DNA from: Verrucomicrobiota bacterium
GTDB taxonomy: Bacteria; Verrucomicrobiota; Verrucomicrobiia; Limisphaerales; UBA1100
Assembly: GCA_030747505.1 (NCBI GenBank)
Contig: JASLKQ010000004.1
Location: 1-63,606, forward strand
Length of the DNA: 63,606 bases
Direction of reading: 5' to 3'
Shown here: piece after piece, positions 50,976 through 59,713 of the stretch
How positions within the stretch are numbered: position 1 is the stretch's first letter
How the letters are laid out: each line of letters opens with the position of its first letter
The notes under the pieces: generated by a model
Told to the model about the DNA's origin: nothing
What the model saw: the letters and a program-made list of their open reading frames with translations, nothing else
Database searches by the model: none
Made by a program: the position numbers and the translations under genes

Positions 50976-52397
50976 ATGGGACTCGGAATCATGGGAACGA
51001 TGGAGATGGCGCGCAACTCAATGCGCGTGGCTCGCTCTGGTGCCGAGGTTTCGGGTAACAACCTCGCCAATGCGTCCAACCCAATCTACGCCCGGCAACG
51101 TATTAAGATCAATTCGTCCGTTACGATTCCCACTGAAAAAGGCCCTCAAGGGTCTGGTGCTGCGGTGGCGCGGATCGAGCAAATCCGAGACAGGGTATTG
51201 GACGCATCGATAGTCTACGAGACTAGCATAACTGGATACCATGAAGGAAAACAGTTGTACCTACGACGAGCTGAGACTGCCCTGGGGCAAACGGTCGATA
51301 ATCAATCGATCGATGCGGGTGGAGCATACGGTACATATGGACTCTCGGAAGGAATGACGGAACTGTTTAATTCTTTTCAGTCCCTGAGCGTCTCTCCTAC
51401 ATCTATCTCTGAAAGACAAACTGTCATTTCCAGCGCAAAAAAGGTCGCGAGCAAGCTTAGAACTGTGGACGAAAGGCTTAGTCAGCTCCGTACAGCGCTG
51501 AATGAAGAGGTGAAGGATACCATTAACCAAGTTAACGGTAAAATAAAGGAGGTCGCCTACATTGCCATTAATATTGGAAATATTGAGGTAGTTGAAGGAA
51601 GTGCCAATGAGGTCCGAGACTCATTACAGGACGCGTTTGAACAACTTTCCAAGTATGCAGATATCTCCACAACCACCAACGAGAATGGTGAACTAAGCCT
51701 ATTTCTAAACGGTCACGAGATGATTACTGACAACGTCATGACCAACTCAATCCAATTGACTGAAGACAGTGTCACAGGCATGTACTACATGAATGAGCTG
51801 AATCACGGCAACAAGATTGATCCTGAAGTTGGTTACATAAAGGGCATGATTGATGTCCGTGATGAATCCGTCAAAGATCTCAGGACTAAAATAGACACGC
51901 TGGCCAGTCAATTGATCACGGAGGTCAATGCGTTACATCAAACCGGTTACGATCTTGATGGTGTCAATGACAGCAGTAATGGCTTCTTTGAAGGGAGTGG
52001 CGCTGCAAACATTAAAGTCAATGATACCATAGCCGATAATCCACGCAAACTCCAGGGATCAAGTTCGGCTGATGAAACAAGTAACAACGATATTTTACGT
52101 TCCATTGCCGAATTGGGCTCCAAAGCCATTACCGGCCTAAATAGCGTGTCTTTCAGCGAGTACTATAGCAACACACTGAGTCGGTTCGGCCAAGATGTAG
52201 CACTGACCACCGCCCAGCTCAATGACCAGAAGACCGGTGAGAAGATGCTGTTAAAGCAGCGAGAATCCGTTCAGGGCGTTTCCATTGATGAGGAAGTTGC
52301 CAATCTGGTGGTTTACCAGCGCGCGTTCCAAGCTTCTGCCAAGCTGCTAACCACTATGGATAGCTTAATGCAAGATGTCCTTAATATGACCCGATAA
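50976..52397 (+). CDS. flgK: Hook-filament junction protein FlgK (HAP1)
   Basis: The N-terminus is SGNNLANASNPIYARQR and the C-terminus is VSIDEEVANLVVYQRAFQASAKLLTTMDSLMQDVLNM. Several in-frame ATGs lie near the start. Confidence 0.9.
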   Translation: MGLGIMGTMEMARNSMRVARSGAEVSGNNLANASNPIYARQRIKINSSVTIPTEKGPQGSGAAVARIEQIRDRVLDASIVYETSITGYHEGKQLYLRRAETALGQTVDNQSIDAGGAYGTYGLSEGMTELFNSFQSLSVSPTSISERQTVISSAKKVASKLRTVDERLSQLRTALNEEVKDTINQVNGKIKEVAYIAINIGNIEVVEGSANEVRDSLQDAFEQLSKYADISTTTNENGELSLFLNGHEMITDNVMTNSIQLTEDSVTGMYYMNELNHGNKIDPEVGYIKGMIDVRDESVKDLRTKIDTLASQLITEVNALHQTGYDLDGVNDSSNGFFEGSGAANIKVNDTIADNPRKLQGSSSADETSNNDILRSIAELGSKAITGLNSVSFSEYYSNTLSRFGQDVALTTAQLNDQKTGEKMLLKQRESVQGVSIDEEVANLVVYQRAFQASAKLLTTMDSLMQDVLNMTR

Positions 52398-52404
52398 CCG
52401 AACC

Positions 52405-53352
52405 ATGCGTGTTACAGCAAACAGTTTTACGAATGACTTGAGAGCTAATATTGGAAAATTAGCTGAACGCCAGTTACGGCTCCAGCAACAGGTTTCCACC
52501 GGTCAACGTATTACCTCGATCAGTGAAGACCCAAACTCCATGCGCCGGGTCCTCGACCTTCGTAATGAGCAGGGTCAACTCGATCAATACAAAGATAATA
52601 TAACGACACTTCGGGAGAACGCCAATGTGGTCTATTCCACCGTTCAAGGACTCAAAAAACTGAGTGACAGGGCATCAGAAATTGCCGTAGTTGCTGATGG
52701 AACCAAAGGCTCAACTGGCCTTTCGGCCTATGCTAAAGAGGTGGATCAGCTCATAGAAGAAGCGGTTCGGTTGGCAAACACAAAACATCGTGATGTATAT
52801 ATTTTCTCTGGCACAAAAGGAACCACGCCGGCTTATACTGAAACCCGCACTGACGGCCAAATTGATAACGTTAACTTTGATGGAAACACCCTCTCTTCTC
52901 AGGTTGATATCGCACCCCACGCATCGGTAAATGCCAACTACTCTGCAGAGGGAAGTCATGGCATTTTAAAAACAGATGCTCCAGGCACTGATTTTATCGC
53001 GAACCTGATATCCCTACGCGACAACCTAACTACTGCAGCAGATGACAGCTCCCCGGATAAAGCCGCTGCACTATCAGCCATAAAAGACACAAATATAGGG
53101 AACCTTGACAAGAGCGAACTCAATTTCATCGACCATTTCAGCAGTATTGGCGCCTCGCTTTCACGACTTGAAACCTCAGAATCAATTACCAGTCAGCAGA
53201 TTTCTGCCATTGTACCACTTGTCTCTAACGAAATTGATGTCGATTTGGCAGACACGTTGGTCCGACTAAATGAAATTCAAAATTCCTACACCGCAGCACT
53301 ACAATCCGGAAGCATGATATTAGGATCCTCATTGCTGGATTACCTGAAATAA
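52405..53352 (+). CDS. flgL: Hook-filament junction protein FlgL (HAP3)
   Basis: It has flagellin-like termini (MRVTANSF...QQQVSTGQRITSISEDP and VDLADTLVRLNEIQNSYTAALQSGSMIL) and follows flgK. Confidence 0.9.
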   Translation: MRVTANSFTNDLRANIGKLAERQLRLQQQVSTGQRITSISEDPNSMRRVLDLRNEQGQLDQYKDNITTLRENANVVYSTVQGLKKLSDRASEIAVVADGTKGSTGLSAYAKEVDQLIEEAVRLANTKHRDVYIFSGTKGTTPAYTETRTDGQIDNVNFDGNTLSSQVDIAPHASVNANYSAEGSHGILKTDAPGTDFIANLISLRDNLTTAADDSSPDKAAALSAIKDTNIGNLDKSELNFIDHFSSIGASLSRLETSESITSQQISAIVPLVSNEIDVDLADTLVRLNEIQNSYTAALQSGSMILGSSLLDYLK

Positions 53353-53371
53353 ACGATATTATTAAATCACA

Positions 53372-53710
53372 ATGGCGATTCCTGTACATATGGCCACAAT
53401 GAGTGCGAACCACCTCACAGTGGAGCGGCTCGCGCAGAACAATAAGTTGACCGAAGCCGAGAAAATTGGTGAGGTGGCACAACAATTTGAGGCCATCTTG
53501 TTGCGACAATTCCTGAATGAGGCCACCAAGCCCATGCTTAGCCAGAATGAAGGAATGAACCCCGCCCAAAAGAGTATTTATCAGGACATGATTACCAACA
53601 CCCTAGCTGATACCATCAGCCAAACCGGTGAATTTGGCCTGGCTCAAGCATTTCGACAGCAACTGATGCCACGCAACCTGGCCGAAGCCGAAGCCCAAGT
53701 TAAACGTTGA
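53372..53710 (+). CDS. flgJ: Rod-binding protein (FlgJ N-terminal domain only, no muramidase domain)
   Basis: It has a Rod_binding-type sequence (AQQFEAILLRQFLNEATKPML...IYQDMITNTLADTISQTGEFGLAQ) and is only 112 aa. Confidence 0.8.
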   Translation: MAIPVHMATMSANHLTVERLAQNNKLTEAEKIGEVAQQFEAILLRQFLNEATKPMLSQNEGMNPAQKSIYQDMITNTLADTISQTGEFGLAQAFRQQLMPRNLAEAEAQVKR

Positions 53711-54213
53711 TGAATGAAGATCTGAACAATCTGATTGCAGCCCTGCGTGAGGAACTTACGCAATACGGGGAAGTACTTGCGCTGATGCAGGAGCAACAAG
53801 AGCTGATCATCAACCGGGCCGCAAACGATCTCCTGATAAACTTGAACACAGTCAACGAGCAAATGGAACGCGTAGCTCATGTCCGTAACCATCGAGAGAT
53901 TTGTCGGCAACACCTCGTAGCGGCAGTGGGAGGCACCAGCGAAACCACCTTCCGGCAAATGACCGAACTGCTGCCGGCTGAGGTACAACCTCTCCTTGAT
54001 GCGTTAGTGCAGGAAATCAATCAAATGCTGCAAAACATCCAACGATGGCTAAGGCAAAACCACATATTGCTCAAACGTTCTCTGGACCTTATGCAGTCCA
54101 TCATGAAAAATATGTTCCCCAGTGCCAGTGCTGCAGCCGGCACCTATGGCCGGAGTGGGCAAATGTCTCCGGTCAACCCTCCCCCCAGCTCACTTTACGA
54201 AGGAATCATCTAA
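53707..54213 (+). CDS. flgN: FlgN-like export chaperone
   Basis: It has a helical FlgN-like N-terminus (LIAALREELTQYGEVLALMQEQQELIINRAANDL) and follows flgL and flgJ. Confidence 0.55.
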   Translation: MMNEDLNNLIAALREELTQYGEVLALMQEQQELIINRAANDLLINLNTVNEQMERVAHVRNHREICRQHLVAAVGGTSETTFRQMTELLPAEVQPLLDALVQEINQMLQNIQRWLRQNHILLKRSLDLMQSIMKNMFPSASAAAGTYGRSGQMSPVNPPPSSLYEGII

Positions 54214-54806
54214 TGAAAACTAATTCCATCCTCACCGTCAGCTGCACGGGATTTTTAATTCTGAACTTCATTACAACCGCTCAGGAACCAAAAAAATCCG
54301 GGGGGATTTTCAGTCGAATAATGAACCCAAACCGGGCACCGGCAATATCGGGATATTTGAATTATGGGGAGCCTTTCTCCCTACGCAAGGCTGCCCCGTT
54401 GCGCCCCCCGGCTTATGCGTTGCCGACACTCCCCATCACTCCCGACCCGCAACCTTTACCTCTCACAACGCAGGTCCCCGCTCAGCCGTTAAACCCTGTA
54501 AAAGACGGGCAGCAACCGAATGCCGTAAAAGCAACAACCCCTTCTCTACAGGTCCCCCCAATCCGTCCTTTCATAATCGAGGCAAAATCCACATTTGTAC
54601 CGCGCGTCATGTCCGGCTCAGGCGTTCAATCTCAAACGTATCCTCAAAGCCCCTACCTAAACCCGGAAATTCTCCGATATTTTGGTGCTGACGCAAACGG
54701 AACCTATCAAAGCCGACTCCGGCTGAATGGCTCCTCACTCTTTACGCTGCCGACCATGAACCCTCTATTGCAACGTGGAGGCAGCACAACCTACCAAATC
54801 AAATAG
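54213..54806 (+). CDS. Secreted Pro-rich protein (197 aa)
   Basis: The signal peptide is MKTNSILTVSCTGFLILNFITTAQ. The start overlaps the flgN stop (TAATG). The centre of the protein is Pro/Gln-rich. I trimmed the longer track ORF, which overlaps flgN. Confidence 0.6.
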   Translation: MKTNSILTVSCTGFLILNFITTAQEPKKSGGIFSRIMNPNRAPAISGYLNYGEPFSLRKAAPLRPPAYALPTLPITPDPQPLPLTTQVPAQPLNPVKDGQQPNAVKATTPSLQVPPIRPFIIEAKSTFVPRVMSGSGVQSQTYPQSPYLNPEILRYFGADANGTYQSRLRLNGSSLFTLPTMNPLLQRGGSTTYQIK

Positions 54807-54808
54807 CT

Positions 54809-57751
54809 ATGAAAATCATTGTATTGGTCATTGTTGGTTTTCTTGCGGCGCAGCCCTCTCCAAATTTAATGGCGGCTGCTTCTGGCGCGGTTGCCCAAAA
54901 AACTGATTGGGGACTAACCGGTGTAACCACGCCTCTTGAAGAATACGGTCTGAGTCTGGGCGATATTACTGTCTCCCGCGTGTTTAACCCCATCGGCCAG
55001 TTAAAGAACGATGATTCCATCATCCTGGCGCGCCGTATTGCCGATGGGCACATTACTAACCCCTGGCAAGAACTTACCCCAGGTACTGGTTTGATTGTGG
55101 ATGGCATTAAAGCCGTTATCAGGCAAATCCAACCCGATACACCTCCAACAACCAAACAAACCGGATTACGTGTAAAGCTAACTGTAGAAGAGATTTCTGG
55201 AACCATCATAACCCTTGAATGGGAGCAGGAGCTACACAACCTCAATTCTGCTGTCCCTAAGCCAAGCCGTGAGGATGCCGTCGACCTACTGAAGAATAAT
55301 CTCCGGGCCGGGGTACATTTGATTATTAACGGCGATCGGAAGGTTATTTCGAGCCGTGAAATCAGTCATACTTCCACCGCCTCCAAGAACAATCAGGATT
55401 TAAGATTCAAAGCCGACTACTATGCCTTGAGCGGAACCCAAGGAACTCTGGAAGGTTCACCAACAGCCAGTGAAAATATCACTGATGCGGCATGGAGAAT
55501 AAAAGACGGTCTGCTTGACCTCGCTCTAGACACCGCCCAGCTAGTCACATGGAAATTCAGAGCTCGTGACGACAAAGATGAACGAGCGACTGTAACGGTT
55601 CTACACAGAGCCCGTGGGAGGGTTTCGAGCATCAACCTCCTCGACGATAATACCGCTGGGGCATACATTCAATCAACTCACGGCAGCCAAACACACACAC
55701 AGCAATTCAAGTGGAAGCAACTCCAAGATGATAAGGGCAACTTCAGCTGGCAACTCACTGAACATCAAGACGACTTTATCGAAATATTCCGAGTCAATGA
55801 CGGTAATATCAAATTTAGGATCACCCCTGATTCGCTGCTGAAAGCGAATCGTGAAGCATCAGAGTTCTTTCGCAGTAGAAAGAAAAATACAGGCGCGCTT
55901 CAATTATCCTCCAACATACTGGATGCAGATACCGTTTCGGATCAGATAAAAAACCTGGAAAAGATCATCAAATCAGACGCATCAGAAACGATAAAAATAG
56001 ATGCTAAACGACAGGCTGTTATCTATTTGGCACGTTTCTATGAGCACCAAGCTGCCACTCTCCAGGCACTGCGACAGGAACGGGTTTTCCGAGCGAATGC
56101 AAAACTGAAGCTCGCACGCAAATACGAGCGTCACGAGTGGTTAACCAAACGGAAAATAGAGTTGCTGAAAAAAAATATTGCTGCCTCCGATAAGTTCAGC
56201 GATACACCCGGAAAACCCCAGCCCAACGATCTAAACGTTGCCACACTGACAATCTCCGAAACCCTTAATCAACTCAAGCATTACGAAAAGAATGAGATTC
56301 CTGGACTGAAGGGCTCCGCCCTTAAAGTCGAATTATCCGATTTACTACGCAAAAATACTTCCTTGAAGAATGAAGCCATCCGCCTGCGCAAAGATGCCCA
56401 AGGCATGTCCCCCGGGCATTCCAACACAACCAAAGGAAATACAGCCAGCACTGAGTTCGATCAAAAAATATCCAAGAACCACAACTTAGCACTCCAGTTT
56501 TGGTCCGAATATATCTTCCGTACCGAAGGCTTAATAGATGGTGCCCGCAAACTTGGCGAAACCGGCATTGATGGCAATATTCCCCCACCGGACCCCTATC
56601 TGCCTGAAATCCTTTTACGACAGGCTTGGATCTACCGTCAGATGGGCCTCCCTCAGCGCGCTATTTCCACCTACTTCGATGTGCTCGCAGGAGCCGCCAA
56701 GCAAAAAGTTAGTAATCTTACCAGATTTCAACGTCTCACACTGGTAGCTCGAAGTCAGATTGCCAACTGCTACTATGAGGAAGCCAAGGATCGTGAGGAT
56801 ATTAACGAGGCCATTGATCTTTATTCTCGTTTGCTGCGCTCAGATGAAAACGAATTGGATGGTTCACAAGTTGAACTCAAACTGCTGCGAGCTCTCTTTA
56901 AGTCTGATACCTATGCACGCAACGAAATACGCCGCCTAGAACGCAGTTTGACCACATTGGCAGACTCCATTACGAAGCAAAACCCCAATTTTAATTCTTC
57001 ATCCTCCATAAGCCGAAACCTGCTCACAAATGAAAGCAAACGAGTACAGGGGGAAATTGCTGTCATTGAACAAGATCGATCCAGAAACTGGACATTGTTG
57101 AAAAAACACGCCGAACGGTTCATTGAAAATTACAGAAATACCGAGCCAAACCTCCGCTATGACGGTGAGATTCGATACTACAAAATCGCAGCTAACAAGG
57201 CTTTAGGCAACGCTCTGCATGTTCAACGTGACATGGAAATATTGATGAACAACGAATCAGCCCCGCCAGAACTACAACAGGCATGGCGATCAACCCGGGT
57301 ACGCGTCATGATTGATGTGGCAAACCTGCTCTACTCCGAAGCAATTGACGCCGAAACAATTAAGCAATCGCATCATTCAAAATATAAAACCTCACAGCTT
57401 GCATTAAAACCCGATCATCCTTCCCTGAAAAAAATCCAGGATGGCCATGCCCTCCCACAGAATCTTAAGCTGGCCATTAATGGATACAAACACGCACTGG
57501 AATACGACCAAACTTACCGAAGCCAAATTATGTTGCGCCAGCAAATCGGATTTTGTCTTGAACGTCTTGGTGAAAAGGAAAAAGAAAAAGCCAAGGATAT
57601 CTATGAAGAAATTTCTAACCTGTGCGAAATGCACAATGATGATCTTAACCCCACCCTCAAAGTGATAAAGATGTACGCAACTCTTAAAGTAAATAATCTT
57701 GATAAGGAACTTGAACAAGCCAAAGCCGGGAACAAATCTGGCGGCATTTAA
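54809..57751 (+). CDS. Exported 980-aa protein with a non-repetitive N-terminal third, a coiled-coil middle and C-terminal TPR-like segments
   Basis: The signal peptide is MKIIVLVIVGFLAAQPSPNLMAAAS. TPR-like segments include EILLRQAWIYRQMGLPQRAISTYFDVL, ARSQIANCYYEEAKD...AIDLYSRLL and LRQQIGFCLERLGEKEKEKAKDIYEEI. Confidence 0.7.
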   Translation: MKIIVLVIVGFLAAQPSPNLMAAASGAVAQKTDWGLTGVTTPLEEYGLSLGDITVSRVFNPIGQLKNDDSIILARRIADGHITNPWQELTPGTGLIVDGIKAVIRQIQPDTPPTTKQTGLRVKLTVEEISGTIITLEWEQELHNLNSAVPKPSREDAVDLLKNNLRAGVHLIINGDRKVISSREISHTSTASKNNQDLRFKADYYALSGTQGTLEGSPTASENITDAAWRIKDGLLDLALDTAQLVTWKFRARDDKDERATVTVLHRARGRVSSINLLDDNTAGAYIQSTHGSQTHTQQFKWKQLQDDKGNFSWQLTEHQDDFIEIFRVNDGNIKFRITPDSLLKANREASEFFRSRKKNTGALQLSSNILDADTVSDQIKNLEKIIKSDASETIKIDAKRQAVIYLARFYEHQAATLQALRQERVFRANAKLKLARKYERHEWLTKRKIELLKKNIAASDKFSDTPGKPQPNDLNVATLTISETLNQLKHYEKNEIPGLKGSALKVELSDLLRKNTSLKNEAIRLRKDAQGMSPGHSNTTKGNTASTEFDQKISKNHNLALQFWSEYIFRTEGLIDGARKLGETGIDGNIPPPDPYLPEILLRQAWIYRQMGLPQRAISTYFDVLAGAAKQKVSNLTRFQRLTLVARSQIANCYYEEAKDREDINEAIDLYSRLLRSDENELDGSQVELKLLRALFKSDTYARNEIRRLERSLTTLADSITKQNPNFNSSSSISRNLLTNESKRVQGEIAVIEQDRSRNWTLLKKHAERFIENYRNTEPNLRYDGEIRYYKIAANKALGNALHVQRDMEILMNNESAPPELQQAWRSTRVRVMIDVANLLYSEAIDAETIKQSHHSKYKTSQLALKPDHPSLKKIQDGHALPQNLKLAINGYKHALEYDQTYRSQIMLRQQIGFCLERLGEKEKEKAKDIYEEISNLCEMHNDDLNPTLKVIKMYATLKVNNLDKELEQAKAGNKSGGI

Positions 57752-57784
57752 TCATCAGCACCAATAAAAAGACCCTACTGTGAA

Positions 57785-58246
57785 ATGAGCCTCCCCCCTG
57801 ACCCTCATTCCGCGGGAAACACCAGTCGCTCCCACGAAGAACTGGTGGCACTTGCCCATGCCCTGCAGGCCCATATTGATTTGAGTAACGAAATCCTTGC
57901 AGTCGTCCAGCAAGAGCATCAACGACTCAAAGGAAATAAAATTGAGGACTTGGCGGAGCTTCAAAGTGCCCGCCAAGACATGATGGAACGACTGACTTTA
58001 GCTCAGGCTAAAATCGCCGAGCACAAAGATGTTTGGGGGGAACTAACTAATTCCCAAAAACAAAGCATGCCCGAAATCGGCCAGCGTTTGAAGCAATGCA
58101 CCGATTTAATCATGAAAATTGTGTCGCTTGACCGGGAGAATGAACAACTCATGTTGCGCAATAAACTGGTGCCACCCGGACACCTCCCTCCAGCTGAACG
58201 GCAAAACCCCAATCTGGTGGCCAAAATTTACAAGGACAAACTTTAA
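57785..58246 (+). CDS. Small helical protein (153 aa, FlgN-like composition) directly upstream of the sigma54 activator
   Basis: The sequence is helical (LVALAHALQAHIDLSNEILAVVQQEHQRLKGNKIEDLAELQSARQDMMERL). It ends 3 nt before the activator ATG. Confidence 0.55.
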   Translation: MSLPPDPHSAGNTSRSHEELVALAHALQAHIDLSNEILAVVQQEHQRLKGNKIEDLAELQSARQDMMERLTLAQAKIAEHKDVWGELTNSQKQSMPEIGQRLKQCTDLIMKIVSLDRENEQLMLRNKLVPPGHLPPAERQNPNLVAKIYKDKL

Positions 58247-58249
58247 TCC

Positions 58250-59683
58250 ATGCCTGTAGAGAAAGTCATTATGGTTGCCCAGGAGGAATTCCTCCGCAAG
58301 CAGGTTGCCCAATTTCTTCGCAAGAAACGAATCGATGTAGCCGAATGCAGCACCATTCAGGAAGCCCACGACTACCTCGGTAAGGGCAATTTTGACCTCA
58401 TGCTGCTGGATGAATCGCTGCCTGATGGCAGTGGCTCAGAGTTTCTGGTGGAAGTTAATTTACGGCCCTCCAAGCCCATGGTGGTAATGATGGGGGCCGA
58501 AGGTTCAGTGGACACTGCCGTGCAATGCATGAGTGATGGTGCATTTGATTATCTGCTCAAACCTTTTTCTAACGAACAGGTCGAAATCATCCTGCGTAAG
58601 ACCGATCAATTTGCACAAGTCCTTAACGTAAACCATTTTCTTACGCAGCAGGACAGTGAAGATCCTGATCAGGAAATCCTAGGCACTTCAGAATCCACTG
58701 AGCAACTCCGTAAACTTGTTCGACGCGTGGCACAAACCGACGCCACCGTCCTGATTCAGGGAGAAAACGGCACTGGCAAAGAGCTCGTCGCACGTGCTCT
58801 GTACGCAACCTCCACACGTAAAGACGGTCCTTTCATCAAACTTAACTGTGCAGCTTTACCTGAAAACCTTGTTGAAAGTGAATTATTTGGACACGAAAAA
58901 GGCTCATTCACCGGTGCTACAAACAAGCGGGAAGGCCGATTCGAACTCGCCCACGGAGGAACCATTTTCCTTGATGAGATCAGCGAAATGTCACTCCCCC
59001 TACAGAGCAAACTCCTGCGCGTTCTCCAGGAACGTGAATTTGAACGCGTCGGAGGAAACCGCACAATTTCAGTCGACGTTCGGGTTATTGCCGCAACCAA
59101 CCGTAAACTCGAGCAAAGTGTGGAGAAGAATGAATTCCGACAGGACCTCTATTTCAGGCTCAATGTTGTCCCCATACATGTCCCGCCTCTCCGGAACCGG
59201 GAAAACGATGTTCAACTTCTAGCTGAAGCCTTTACACAACGATTCATCCGTAGTCACGGCGTTCCTGTTAAAGGACTCACTCCGGAAGCCTTACAGGCCC
59301 TCACCTCACACGACTGGCCTGGTAATATTCGTGAGCTGCAAAACGTTATTGAACGAGCCGTTATCCTTTGCGGTGAAGATGGCCAAATTCACCCCGAACA
59401 ACTTGGCCTGACCGCACCGCCTCAAGCAGGAGACGGCGATGCCCCCACTGGCCTGATTGAGAAAAATCCAGATCCGGAAGGCTCATCTTCAGCGGTTAAT
59501 GCCGCAAACCAACAAGCCGACGATCTACTGACGTTGGCCGAACTGGAGAAACGACATATTCTATCCACGTTAAAGCAGCATGAGGGCAACCGAACCCGCA
59601 CCGCTGAGGTGTTGGATATTAACATCCGCACTCTCCGAAATAAGCTCAAAGAATATTCAGATGCCGGTATGGCGATTGATTGA
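58250..59683 (+). CDS. sigma54-dependent enhancer-binding protein with an atypical receiver domain (FlbD/FleR/FlrC class)
   Basis: It has an N-terminal REC-like domain, an AAA+ core (GENGTGKELVARALY, ESELFGHEKGSFTGA, FLDEISEM, RVIAATN) and a C-terminal Fis-type HTH (NRTRTAEVLDINIRTLRNKL). Confidence 0.9.
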   Translation: MPVEKVIMVAQEEFLRKQVAQFLRKKRIDVAECSTIQEAHDYLGKGNFDLMLLDESLPDGSGSEFLVEVNLRPSKPMVVMMGAEGSVDTAVQCMSDGAFDYLLKPFSNEQVEIILRKTDQFAQVLNVNHFLTQQDSEDPDQEILGTSESTEQLRKLVRRVAQTDATVLIQGENGTGKELVARALYATSTRKDGPFIKLNCAALPENLVESELFGHEKGSFTGATNKREGRFELAHGGTIFLDEISEMSLPLQSKLLRVLQEREFERVGGNRTISVDVRVIAATNRKLEQSVEKNEFRQDLYFRLNVVPIHVPPLRNRENDVQLLAEAFTQRFIRSHGVPVKGLTPEALQALTSHDWPGNIRELQNVIERAVILCGEDGQIHPEQLGLTAPPQAGDGDAPTGLIEKNPDPEGSSSAVNAANQQADDLLTLAELEKRHILSTLKQHEGNRTRTAEVLDINIRTLRNKLKEYSDAGMAID

Positions 59684-59713
59684 TCCCATCCAAACCTTCT
59701 GCTAAAAACCACC

